A stretch of 55,724 nt of DNA from Stellaceae bacterium (GTDB taxonomy: Bacteria > Pseudomonadota > Alphaproteobacteria > ATCC43930 > CGMCC-115725). The notes beneath the pieces are model-generated. The model made no database searches and had not been told where the DNA came from. It worked only from the letters and a program-made list of their open reading frames with translations. This document shows positions 47,766 through 55,724 of the stretch, one piece after another (the stretch's first letter is position 1; the number at the start of each line of letters is the position of its first letter). The translations under genes and the position numbers were made by a program. The stretch lies in contig DATEMD010000234.1 of NCBI GenBank assembly GCA_035275845.1, positions 1 to 55,724 on the forward strand. The letters run 5' to 3'.

Positions 47766-48866
47766 GTGAAGCTCGGCTTTTTCATCATGCCGCTCCATCC
47801 GCCGGAGCGCGATTACACCGTGACCCTCAAGGAGGATCGCGAGGCGATCCTGCTCGCCGATCGCGTCGGCTATGCCGAAGCGTTCGTCGGCGAGCACATC
47901 ACCGACCGCGCCGAGACGGTCACCTCGTGCCTGATGTTCCTCGCGTCGTTGGCGCACGAGACCAAGCGCATCAAACTCGGCAGCGGCACGATCAACGTGC
48001 CGAACAGCCATCCGGCGACCATCGCCGCCCAAGTGGCCATGATCGACCACATGCTCGAAGGCCGCTTCCTCATGGGCATCAGCCCGGGCGGCCTGCTGTC
48101 CGACGCCGAGGTCTTCGGCAATCTCGACGCCGACCGCACCGCGATGTTTGTCGAAGGCATCGACATGGTGCTGAAGATCTGGTCGACCGCGCCGCCTTAC
48201 GATCTCGAAGGCAAATATTGGAAGATCAGCACACGGCGCAGCATGATGCTCGACATCGGCCAGGGCATCATCATGCCGCCGTATCAGAAGCCGCATCCGC
48301 CGATCGTTGTGACCGCCGTCGCGCCCTTCTCCAAGGGCGTTGTCGCCGCGGCCGAGCGCGGTTGGACGCCGATTTCGGCCAACTTCCTGCAACCGCCCTG
48401 GGTCGCCTCGCATTGGCCGATGTACGAACAAGGTTGCGCCAAGGCCGGCCGCCACGCCCGCCACGCCGATTGGCGCGTCGCCAAGAGCATTTGTGTGCTC
48501 GACGACGACAAAGCCGCCAAGCGCTATGCGACCGACGGCAATAGCCCATATCGATTCTACTACAAGCAATTGATGACCAAGTTGATCGGTAACGGCCGGC
48601 CAGAGCTCTTCAAACACGACCGAGCCATGCCGGATTCCGCCGTGACGCTCGACTATGTCCTGGATTCGCTGGTGATCCACGGCTCGGTCAACCGCGTCGT
48701 CGATCAGTTGTTGGCGTTCCGCGAGCGCATCGGCGACTTCGGCACGCTACTCTATGCCGGCCACGATTGGGTCGACCCGCATCTCGGCCGCCGCTCGATG
48801 GAGTTGATGGCCACCGAAGTCATTCCGCGCGTCAACAAGGCGTTGGGCGCCGAGGCCGCGGAATGA
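47766..48866 (+). CDS. LLM-class (luciferase-like) flavin-dependent monooxygenase
   Basis: MKLGFF.MP.H, GY.EAFVGEH, A..VAM.DH...GR...GISPG. GTG start. Confidence 0.85.
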   Translation: MKLGFFIMPLHPPERDYTVTLKEDREAILLADRVGYAEAFVGEHITDRAETVTSCLMFLASLAHETKRIKLGSGTINVPNSHPATIAAQVAMIDHMLEGRFLMGISPGGLLSDAEVFGNLDADRTAMFVEGIDMVLKIWSTAPPYDLEGKYWKISTRRSMMLDIGQGIIMPPYQKPHPPIVVTAVAPFSKGVVAAAERGWTPISANFLQPPWVASHWPMYEQGCAKAGRHARHADWRVAKSICVLDDDKAAKRYATDGNSPYRFYYKQLMTKLIGNGRPELFKHDRAMPDSAVTLDYVLDSLVIHGSVNRVVDQLLAFRERIGDFGTLLYAGHDWVDPHLGRRSMELMATEVIPRVNKALGAEAAE

Positions 48867-49024
48867 GAGGTTGCGCCAGTTGGCGGAAACTCACTATCCT
48901 CTAGTAATCTCGATCGGCCGGGCCAAAGGGCGCAGAAAAGCCCAAGAAATCAGCCCGTAATAACGATGGTGCCGCGAGCTGAAAATGCGACACCAAGGGA
49001 AAATGAGGGAGGAAACCAGAAGCC

Positions 49025-50254
49025 ATGCGTGTCAATCGCCGCAAATTTCTTGCCGGCACGGCCGCGATCGCCGGTGCCGCCGCATTCCCGATGCCGTCGA
49101 TCGCGCAAGGTACGCCGCTCAAAATCGGCTTGCTGACGGTCAAGACCGGTCCGCTCGCCGCCGGCGGCATCCAGATGGAAGGCGGCGTCGTCACCTTCCT
49201 CAAACAACGCAATTACACGATCGCCGGCCGCAAGGTCGATTTCATTTCGGCAGACACGGGCGGTAATCCCGCCGGCGCCAAGGTCAAAGCGCAAGAGCTG
49301 ATCGAACGCGACCAGGTCGATCTTATTCTCGGTCCGCTGGCGTCGTTCGAACTGCTCGCCATCAGCGATTACGTCGCCGAGCACAAGATTCCGATGCTGA
49401 GCCTGGCGGCGGCCGAGGACATCACCCAACGCAAGCCCAATCCGTATTTCGTGCGCGCATCGGCGACCTCGTCGCAGGCGATGAAGCCGCTGGCGGATTA
49501 CGCCGCCAAGGAGCTCAAGCTCAAGAAGGTCATCACCATCGTCGAGGATTTCGCCTTCGGCTACGAGCAGATGGGCGGCTTCCAGCAGGTGTTCGAGGAC
49601 GATGGCGGCCGCGTGCTGAAGAAGATCTGGACGCCGATCGTCACGCCCGACTACACGCCATATCTGGCGCAGATCAGCGGCGTCGACGCGGTGATCCAAG
49701 GCTTCGCCGGCTCCAATCCGGTGAAGTTCATGAAACAATACGCCGACCAGGGGCTCAAATATCCGGTGCTCACCGGCGAGACGGGGGGCGACGACGCCGA
49801 ACTCAAGAGCTTCGGCGACGAAGCCATCGGCATGATCAGCGCATGCCCGTACACGATCGACTTCGACAACGAAACCAACAAGCGTTTCATCGCTGACTTC
49901 AACAAGCAGGTCGGCAATTGGCCGGGCTTCTATGCGGCCGGGCTTTACGTCAACTGTCAGGTTGTCGAGGCTGCGTTGAAGGCGACCGGCGGCAAGACCG
50001 CCGACAAGACGGCCTTCGTGAAGGCGATGCGTGCGGCGCATCTCACCGATACACCGCGCGGACCGGTGCGGTTCGATGACAAGGGCAACGTCATCGGCAA
50101 CATCTTCATTCGCAAGATCGTCAAGGAAAACGGCAAGCTCTGGCAGAAGACGCTCAAGACCTATGCCAACATCGGCCAGTTCTGGCCGTTCGACGAGAAG
50201 AAGTTCCTCGCACAGCCGGTCTACTCGCGGGACTTCCCGCCCTTGAAGAGCTGA
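49025..50254 (+). CDS. Liv-type (HAAT family) ABC substrate-binding protein with Tat-like signal peptide
   Basis: The RBS GAGGGAGG precedes MRVNRRKFLAGTAAIAGAAAFPMPSIAQG (an RRxFL motif). A type-1 PBP fold follows (LKIGLLTVKTGPLAAGG). Confidence 0.88.
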   Translation: MRVNRRKFLAGTAAIAGAAAFPMPSIAQGTPLKIGLLTVKTGPLAAGGIQMEGGVVTFLKQRNYTIAGRKVDFISADTGGNPAGAKVKAQELIERDQVDLILGPLASFELLAISDYVAEHKIPMLSLAAAEDITQRKPNPYFVRASATSSQAMKPLADYAAKELKLKKVITIVEDFAFGYEQMGGFQQVFEDDGGRVLKKIWTPIVTPDYTPYLAQISGVDAVIQGFAGSNPVKFMKQYADQGLKYPVLTGETGGDDAELKSFGDEAIGMISACPYTIDFDNETNKRFIADFNKQVGNWPGFYAAGLYVNCQVVEAALKATGGKTADKTAFVKAMRAAHLTDTPRGPVRFDDKGNVIGNIFIRKIVKENGKLWQKTLKTYANIGQFWPFDEKKFLAQPVYSRDFPPLKS

Positions 50255-50263
50255 TCCGAGCCG

Positions 50264-50292
50264 GGCGGGCGCGCGGCGAGCGCGCGCCCGCC
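50264..50292 (+). other. Intercistronic GC hairpin between the binding-protein and permease genes
   Basis: GGCGGGCGCGCG-gcgag-CGCGCGCCCGCC, a 12-bp perfect stem with no T tract. It is likely an mRNA-stabilising or attenuating structure. Confidence 0.6.
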
Positions 50293-50323
50293 GGGTCGGC
50301 GACGTCGGGCGGAACGCTTCGCC

Positions 50324-51187
50324 ATGAACCTCTGGTTGTTGCTGGCCATCAACAGCATCACCTTCGGTGGCCTTCTCTTTCTGTTATCCGCCGGGTTTTC
50401 GCTCATCTTCGGATTGATGCGGATTCCCAACCTGACGCACGGCTCGATGTTCATGCTCGGCGCCTATGTCGGCGCCAGCATGGTGATGACGTTCCATCTG
50501 CCGTTCTGGATCGGCGCCGTCGTGGCGGCCGCGGCGGTCGCCGTTTTTGGCGGGCTGATCGAGCGGTTGCTGCTGCGCCGCCTCGCTGGGGCGGAGCAGG
50601 CGCAGGTCCTGGTGACGCTCGGCATCTCGCTGATCGTTGCCGATTTCTGCCTGATGGTGTGGACGGGCGATCCGATTTCGGTCGCGACGCCGCCCGCCCT
50701 CGTCGGCGGCGTGCGTGTCGCCGACTTGTTCTTCCCGACCTACCGTATAGCCATCATCCTAATCGCCTGCGTAATCGGCGCCTTGCTGTGGGCGTTGCTC
50801 GATCGCACGCGGCTCGGCGCGATGATCCGCGCCGGCGTCGACGATCCGCAGATGGCGCGCGTCGTCGGCATCCGCGTCTCGCGCCTGTTCACCATCGTCT
50901 TCTGTCTCGGTGCGGCGATCGCCGGTTTTGGCGGAATCATGGGCGCGCCGATCCTGTCGGTCTATCCCGGACTCGATAACGACATGCTGCCGCTGGCGCT
51001 GGTCGTGGTGATCCTCGGCGGCACCGGCAGCCTGTTGGGTTCGCTGGTCGGCAGCTTCGTCATCGGCTTCATCTACAATTATGGTCAGGCGTTGTTTCCC
51101 GAACTCGCTTACTTCGTGCTGTTCCTGCCTATGGTCGTGGTCCTGGTGGTCCGGCCGCAGGGACTATTCGGCAAGCAGGCGCCATGA
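50324..51187 (+). CDS. Branched-chain-type ABC permease (LivH-like)
   Basis: NLTHGSMFMLGAY, length 287 aa, and about 8 TM segments. Confidence 0.88.
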   Translation: MNLWLLLAINSITFGGLLFLLSAGFSLIFGLMRIPNLTHGSMFMLGAYVGASMVMTFHLPFWIGAVVAAAAVAVFGGLIERLLLRRLAGAEQAQVLVTLGISLIVADFCLMVWTGDPISVATPPALVGGVRVADLFFPTYRIAIILIACVIGALLWALLDRTRLGAMIRAGVDDPQMARVVGIRVSRLFTIVFCLGAAIAGFGGIMGAPILSVYPGLDNDMLPLALVVVILGGTGSLLGSLVGSFVIGFIYNYGQALFPELAYFVLFLPMVVVLVVRPQGLFGKQAP

Positions 51188-52173
51188 AAGCGACGCGCAT
51201 CGGACTCCTCGTCGCTTCTGTCGTCTTGTTGACCGTGCCGCTATGGGTCCCGGGCGACTATTACGTCAGCGTCTGCAGCCAGATTCTGATCTATGCCATC
51301 TTCGCGCTCGGCGTCGATGTGCTCATCGGCTATGGCGGATTGGTGTCGCTCGGCCATGCGGGTCTCTTCGGCATCGCCAGCTATGCCGTGGCGTACAGCC
51401 TGGCGGCTGGAATCGGCCACATCCCGGCGATCCTCATCGGCCTGGTCCTGGCGCTGGTCGGTACCGCGCTCTTCGCCGCGCTGTCGCTGCGCGTCACCGG
51501 CATCGGCTTCATCATGATCACGCTCGCCCTCGGCGAACTGCTCTGGGGCCTCGCCTATCGCTGGATCAGCGTCACCAACGGCGACAACGGCATCAGCGTC
51601 GCGCACCGGCCGGCGCCCTTCGGCATTCCGCTCGATGCGCCGTCGTATTTCTATTACGCGACGCTGGCCGTCTTCGCGGTGTCGGTCTTCGTCACCTGGG
51701 TGTTCATTGGGTCGCCGCTCGGCACGAGTCTCAAAGGCACGCGTGACCAGCCGCGCCGCATGAATGCGTTGGGCTATCACGTCTGGCTGATTCGTTTTTG
51801 CGCCTGCATGTTTTCCGGCCTGCTGACTGCCGTCGCCGGCATCCTCTTCGTCTATTACACTCAGTTCATCAGTCCGCAGACCTTGACTCTCACCGCTTCG
51901 GCCGAGCCGGTGTTGATGGTGATCTCAGGCGGCTCGGGCACGCTCCTGGGTCCAATCGTCGGCGCGGCGTTGGTCGAGATCGTCAAGAACATCGCCAGCG
52001 CTTACATCACGCGCTGGAACATGTTGCTCGGCGCGATCTTCGTCGCCATCGTCATCTTCATGCCGGATGGTCTGGTGCCAGGTACGACGCGGCTTGTCCG
52101 CCGCCTGCTCAAAGCGCGGGCCAAGGCGCCGACGGCGGCGGCCGAACCAACCTCCGGCGGCCCCACGCCATGA
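51184..52173 (+). CDS. Branched-chain-type ABC permease (LivM-like)
   Basis: GLVSLGHAGLFGI.SY and an ATGA overlap with the livH-like gene. Confidence 0.88.
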   Translation: MKATRIGLLVASVVLLTVPLWVPGDYYVSVCSQILIYAIFALGVDVLIGYGGLVSLGHAGLFGIASYAVAYSLAAGIGHIPAILIGLVLALVGTALFAALSLRVTGIGFIMITLALGELLWGLAYRWISVTNGDNGISVAHRPAPFGIPLDAPSYFYYATLAVFAVSVFVTWVFIGSPLGTSLKGTRDQPRRMNALGYHVWLIRFCACMFSGLLTAVAGILFVYYTQFISPQTLTLTASAEPVLMVISGGSGTLLGPIVGAALVEIVKNIASAYITRWNMLLGAIFVAIVIFMPDGLVPGTTRLVRRLLKARAKAPTAAAEPTSGGPTP

Positions 52174-52907
52174 CCGCGCTGTCGATCCACAAGCTTGAGA
52201 AATCCTTTGGCGGCCTGCGCGTCACGCGCGGCCTCGATCTCGTGGTCGCGCCCGGCGAGCGGCGCTTGATCATCGGCCCCAACGGTGCCGGCAAGACGAC
52301 GCTGTTCAATCTCGTTACCGGCGAGCTCAGGCCCGATGCTGGCTCGGTGACGCTGTTCGACCAGGAGTTGACGCGCCTGCCGTCGCGTCACCGCGCCCAT
52401 CTGGGACTGTCGCGGACTTATCAGATCATCACGCTGTTCCCCAAGGACACGTTACTGCGGAACGTCACGCTGTCACTGCTCGGCCTGTCGCGGCTGCGCT
52501 GGAATCCGCTGTTGCGGCTCGATCGCCAACGGTCGCTGATCGCGCAAGCGGAGGCGGCGTTGGCGCGCGTCGGCCTCGGCCACTTGGCGCATCGCCCGCT
52601 TGCCGAAACCTCGTATGGCGAACGCCGCCGCGTCGAGATCGCGATGGCGCTGGCCCAGAATCCACGCGTGTTGCTGCTCGACGAACCGTTCGCCGGGCTT
52701 TCGGTCGACGAGCGGCGCGACGTCAAAACGCTGCTGTTCGCGATTCCACGGGACGTCACCATCGTCATGATCGAGCACGACATGGACGTGGCGCTCGATT
52801 TCGCCGAACGCATCACCGTCATGCACTTCGGCGAAATCGTGGTCGAAGGCACGCGCGCCGAGGTGGTCGCAGATCCGCGCACCAAGGAGATTTACCTTGG
52901 CGAATGA
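52170..52907 (+). CDS. ABC ATPase (LivG-like)
   Basis: KSFGGL, Walker A GPNGAGKTT, and Walker B LLLDEPFAGL. It has an ATGA overlap with the livM-like gene. Confidence 0.9.
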   Translation: MTALSIHKLEKSFGGLRVTRGLDLVVAPGERRLIIGPNGAGKTTLFNLVTGELRPDAGSVTLFDQELTRLPSRHRAHLGLSRTYQIITLFPKDTLLRNVTLSLLGLSRLRWNPLLRLDRQRSLIAQAEAALARVGLGHLAHRPLAETSYGERRRVEIAMALAQNPRVLLLDEPFAGLSVDERRDVKTLLFAIPRDVTIVMIEHDMDVALDFAERITVMHFGEIVVEGTRAEVVADPRTKEIYLGE

Positions 52908-53619
52908 AGCGCTCGTACTCGGCGGCATCGACGCCTTTTACGGCGACAGTCACGTGCTGCACGGCGTGTCGCTCGTCCTCGGCGAGGCGCGGTTGCTCGG
53001 CCTGCTCGGCCGCAACGGCGCCGGCAAGACGACGTGCATGAACGTGACCATGGGCATGCTGCGGCCGCGGCACGGCAGCGTCACGTTGTTCGGCCGGGCC
53101 ATCGCCGGCCGTGCGCCGGAAGATATCGCGGCGTGCGGTATCGCTCTGGTGCCGCAAGGCCGACGCATCTTCCGCAGCCTGACGGTGCGCGAGAATCTGC
53201 TAGTGGCCGCGCGGCGGCCGCAAGCCAACGGCGCGCACGCGCCTTGGACCTTCGATACGGTTTACGCCACCTTTCCGCGCCTCAGGGAACGGCAGAACCA
53301 GGTCGCCGGCTACCTGTCCGGCGGCGAACAGCAGATGCTGGCCATCGGCCGAGCGCTCATGGCCAATCCGCGCGTGCTGCTGATGGACGAGCCGTCCGAG
53401 GGTCTCGCGCCGCAGATCGTCGCCGAAGTCATGGCGACCATCCGCCGGCTCAAGGAACAGGGACTCAGCATCATCCTGGTCGAGCAGAACGCCAAGCTGG
53501 TATTCGACATCGCCGACGACATCGTCATCCTCAATAGCGGCCATGTCGCGGTCGCCGGTACGACCGGCGAACTGCGCCGCAGTGGCGTCGATCTGCATCA
53601 ACATCTCGGAATCTACTGA
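52897..53619 (+). CDS. ABC ATPase (LivF-like)
   Basis: Walker A GRNGAGKTT, signature LSGGEQQML, and Walker B LLMDEPSEGL. The TTG start at 52897 overlaps the livG-like 3' end. Confidence 0.88.
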   Translation: MANEALVLGGIDAFYGDSHVLHGVSLVLGEARLLGLLGRNGAGKTTCMNVTMGMLRPRHGSVTLFGRAIAGRAPEDIAACGIALVPQGRRIFRSLTVRENLLVAARRPQANGAHAPWTFDTVYATFPRLRERQNQVAGYLSGGEQQMLAIGRALMANPRVLLMDEPSEGLAPQIVAEVMATIRRLKEQGLSIILVEQNAKLVFDIADDIVILNSGHVAVAGTTGELRRSGVDLHQHLGIY

Positions 53620-53841
53620 GCCGGCCCACGCGGTGGGTCCCAGCGCGTCCCGATACGGACTCCATCATCCGCTTTACGGCTGCACCGCAGACGGGTTATG
53701 CCGTGAAGGTGCCGCCGGGCCTCCGGAGGCGGCTTGCGCCGGGTCGGCGCCAACCTCCGGCGTGTTCCTCGTGGCATGAGGACTGGCCTTGGCGATGATC
53801 ACGTTCCGGTTACTGTCGTCGACGTTCCGGCCGAGTACGTT

Positions 53842-55724
53842 ATGAAAATTGTCGATCGCATTCGTGGCACTTTCGCGATGGCGCGGCCAGCGCCGTCGAT
53901 TGCCGCGAGCGTACGGCCACCGCGCAGCTGGCACGACGCCGGGTTCCTGCTCCGGGTCCGTTGGCGGGCCCTGTTGCGCGGCCTTGAACGCCGCCATCTG
54001 CGCAGCAACGAGATCGCCCTGACGGTTTTTGGCGCGGCCGTCGGCGCGGCCGTTGGCATCGGTGTCGTCATCGTGCACCAGGTGTCGCAATGGCTGCACG
54101 AGATGCTGTTCAAAGTGCCCTCCGATCATTTGCTGAGTGAGGGGGTAGGGCTGTCGTGGTGGCGTGTGCTGGCGGTGCCGTGCGTTGGGGGATTGGTTGT
54201 GGGGGTGGCGACGCTGGTGATCCGGCGGTTCCGGCCGCGGGAGGTGGTGGACGCGATTGAGGCGAATGCGCTTTACGGCGGCAAGATGTCGCTGATCGAC
54301 AGCGCGAACCTGACGGTTCTGACGCTGCTGTCGGGGGGCTTTGGGGCGTCGGTGGGGTTGGAGGCGGCCTATACGCAGATGGGGGCTGGGTTTGCGTCGA
54401 ACGTGGGGGAGGTGCTGCGGCTGCGGCGGCACGACATGCGGACGCTGGTGGGGTGCGGGGCGGCGGCGGCGATTGCGGCGGCGTTCAATGCGCCGCTGGC
54501 TGGTGCCTTCTATGCGTTTGAGCTGGTGATCGGCGCCTATTCGGCGCCGGTCCTGGCGCCGGTGACGGCGGCGGCGCTGGCGGCGACGTTTGTCGAGCGG
54601 CTGATCGGGCAGGCGAAGCCGATCTTCTTTGTGTCGGAGTCGATCAGCATCGGCGGCTGGGACTATCCGCTGTTCGGGCTTTTGGGGGTGGCGGCGGCGG
54701 GGATCGGGATCCTGACCATGCTGTGCGTCACCTGGATCGAGCGGGGCCTGCGGCGCAATGCGATTCCGGTGTGGGCGCGACCGGCCTTGGGCGGGCTGGC
54801 GGTCGGCCTGATGGCGTTCTTCTGGCCCGAGGTGCTGGGCAGCGGGCATGGCGGCATCGAGCTGGTGATCGCCAACAACTTCCCGCCGCTGGCGTTGCTG
54901 CTGCTGGTGCCGGCGAAGGCGCTGGCGTCGGCGTTTTCGGTGGGGTCGGGGTTCCGCGGCGGGTTGTTCAGCTCGGCGCTGTTTCTCGGGAGCATCTTCG
55001 GCGCGGCGGCAGGGGCGTTCCTGGCGGTGCTGTTGCCGGGCCTCGGCATCGACCGGCTGGCCTACACGGTGGTGGGCATGGGGACGATGGCGGCGGCGAT
55101 CATCGGCGCGCCGGTGACCATGATCCTGCTGACGCTGGAGATGACGGCGAACTTCTATGTCACCCTCGGAGTGATGGTGGGGGTGATCGTCGCCTCGATG
55201 ATCGTGCGCTCGACCTTCGGCTATTCGTTTGCCACCTGGCGGTTCCACCTGCGGGGGGTGCCGATCCGCGGCGCGCAGGATGTCGGCTGGATCCGCGACC
55301 TGACGGTGCGCAAGATGATGCGCCGCGACATTCATACCGTGTCGGAGAACCTGCCGCTGGCGGAGCTCAGGGCGCAGTTCCCGCTGGGCGGCACAAACCG
55401 CGTCTTTCTGCTCGACGCCAAGGGCGACTACGCCGGCATGGTGGTGACCGCCGACGCCCACAACCCCGACCTCGACGAACGCCTGCCCACCCTGCGCGCC
55501 GCCGACCTGCGCCAGGCCGAGACCCAGTTCCTGCTGCCCCACCAGAACGTCCGCGCCGCCCTCGACCGCTTCGTCTCCGCCGAAGTCGAAGCCCTCCCCG
55601 TGCTCGCCAGCGCCACCGACCGCAAGGTCATCGGCTTCGTCACCGAAGCCTATGCCCTCCGCCGCTACAACCAGGAACTCGAACAGGCCCGCGGCGACGA
55701 GTTCGCCGATCCAACCCTCTTCGG
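53842..55724 (+). CDS. ClC-family voltage-gated chloride channel/antiporter with C-terminal CBS pair (3' end outside window)
   Basis: This gene is not in the ORF track because no stop is reached. My translation gives ..LSGGFGASVGLEAA.., GCGAAAAIAAAFNAPLAGAFYAFEL, GSGHGGIE, GSGFRGGLFSSALFLG, and GAPVTMILLTLEMT. A CBS region follows (VRKMMRRDIHTV...VLASATDRKVIGFVTEA). An alternative ATG lies at 53776. Confidence 0.88.
   Translation, partial: MKIVDRIRGTFAMARPAPSIAASVRPPRSWHDAGFLLRVRWRALLRGLERRHLRSNEIALTVFGAAVGAAVGIGVVIVHQVSQWLHEMLFKVPSDHLLSEGVGLSWWRVLAVPCVGGLVVGVATLVIRRFRPREVVDAIEANALYGGKMSLIDSANLTVLTLLSGGFGASVGLEAAYTQMGAGFASNVGEVLRLRRHDMRTLVGCGAAAAIAAAFNAPLAGAFYAFELVIGAYSAPVLAPVTAAALAATFVERLIGQAKPIFFVSESISIGGWDYPLFGLLGVAAAGIGILTMLCVTWIERGLRRNAIPVWARPALGGLAVGLMAFFWPEVLGSGHGGIELVIANNFPPLALLLLVPAKALASAFSVGSGFRGGLFSSALFLGSIFGAAAGAFLAVLLPGLGIDRLAYTVVGMGTMAAAIIGAPVTMILLTLEMTANFYVTLGVMVGVIVASMIVRSTFGYSFATWRFHLRGVPIRGAQDVGWIRDLTVRKMMRRDIHTVSENLPLAELRAQFPLGGTNRVFLLDAKGDYAGMVVTADAHNPDLDERLPTLRAADLRQAETQFLLPHQNVRAALDRFVSAEVEALPVLASATDRKVIGFVTEAYALRRYNQELEQARGDEFADPTLF

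Noticed and set aside
53674-55542. 622-aa ORF on the minus strand, the longest ORF in this part of the track
   Set aside because: It lies antisense to a clearly recognisable ClC/CBS gene. Its product is Arg/His/Gln/Pro-rich low-complexity sequence, exactly what is expected from reading G-ending codons backwards. It is a shadow ORF.
54100-55724. Interpreting the G-to-C strand-bias flip as a replication terminus or origin (GC-skew switch)
   Set aside because: The bias is far too strong and too local: a block of about 1.3 kb inside one gene, preceded by normal composition. No dif, DnaA-box or terminus-associated genes were seen.

Overview
High-GC (about 65%) chromosomal segment that looks like alphaproteobacterial core genome. 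An order near Hyphomicrobiales/Rhizobiales is my inference from RegB/RegA (ActS/ActR), an Irr-type ICE box, and the hrcA-grpE / rph-rdgB-hemW gene order. I support about 53 protein-coding genes, tightly packed, many with 4-nt start/stop overlaps. I found no tRNA, rRNA, CRISPR array, transposase, integrase or phage gene by eye.

The ORF track uses the longest ATG/GTG/TTG start, so I re-read many starts by hand. High GC also produces long shadow ORFs, which I rejected.

Gene content:
- Housekeeping: hrcA-grpE, rph-rdgB-hemW, lpoA-like/rsmI-yraN-BON lipoprotein, gshB, dps, adenosine kinase, typA, ppi, ampG, sco, cobA, cobS, regBA, hldE, lysS, dgkA.
- Accessory-looking patches:
  - a small CobN-derived ORF translationally coupled to an ArnT-like glycosyltransferase;
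  - an ABC importer with no binding protein, a duplicated permease and an extended ATPase;
  - a His-rich NicO-like transporter with a short MetE-like gene;
  - a ligand-less cupredoxin with an outer-membrane barrel, behind a perfect 14-bp palindrome;
  - a roughly 11.6 kb putative catabolic island: TetR, group-D flavin monooxygenase, three-subunit molybdenum hydroxylase, LLM monooxygenase and a Liv-type ABC importer.

The 3' terminal ClC channel gene shows an abrupt three-part codon-usage mosaic. I see no recognisable defence or mobile system. The candidates above are the best leads, and all functional calls rest on motif recognition without database searches.
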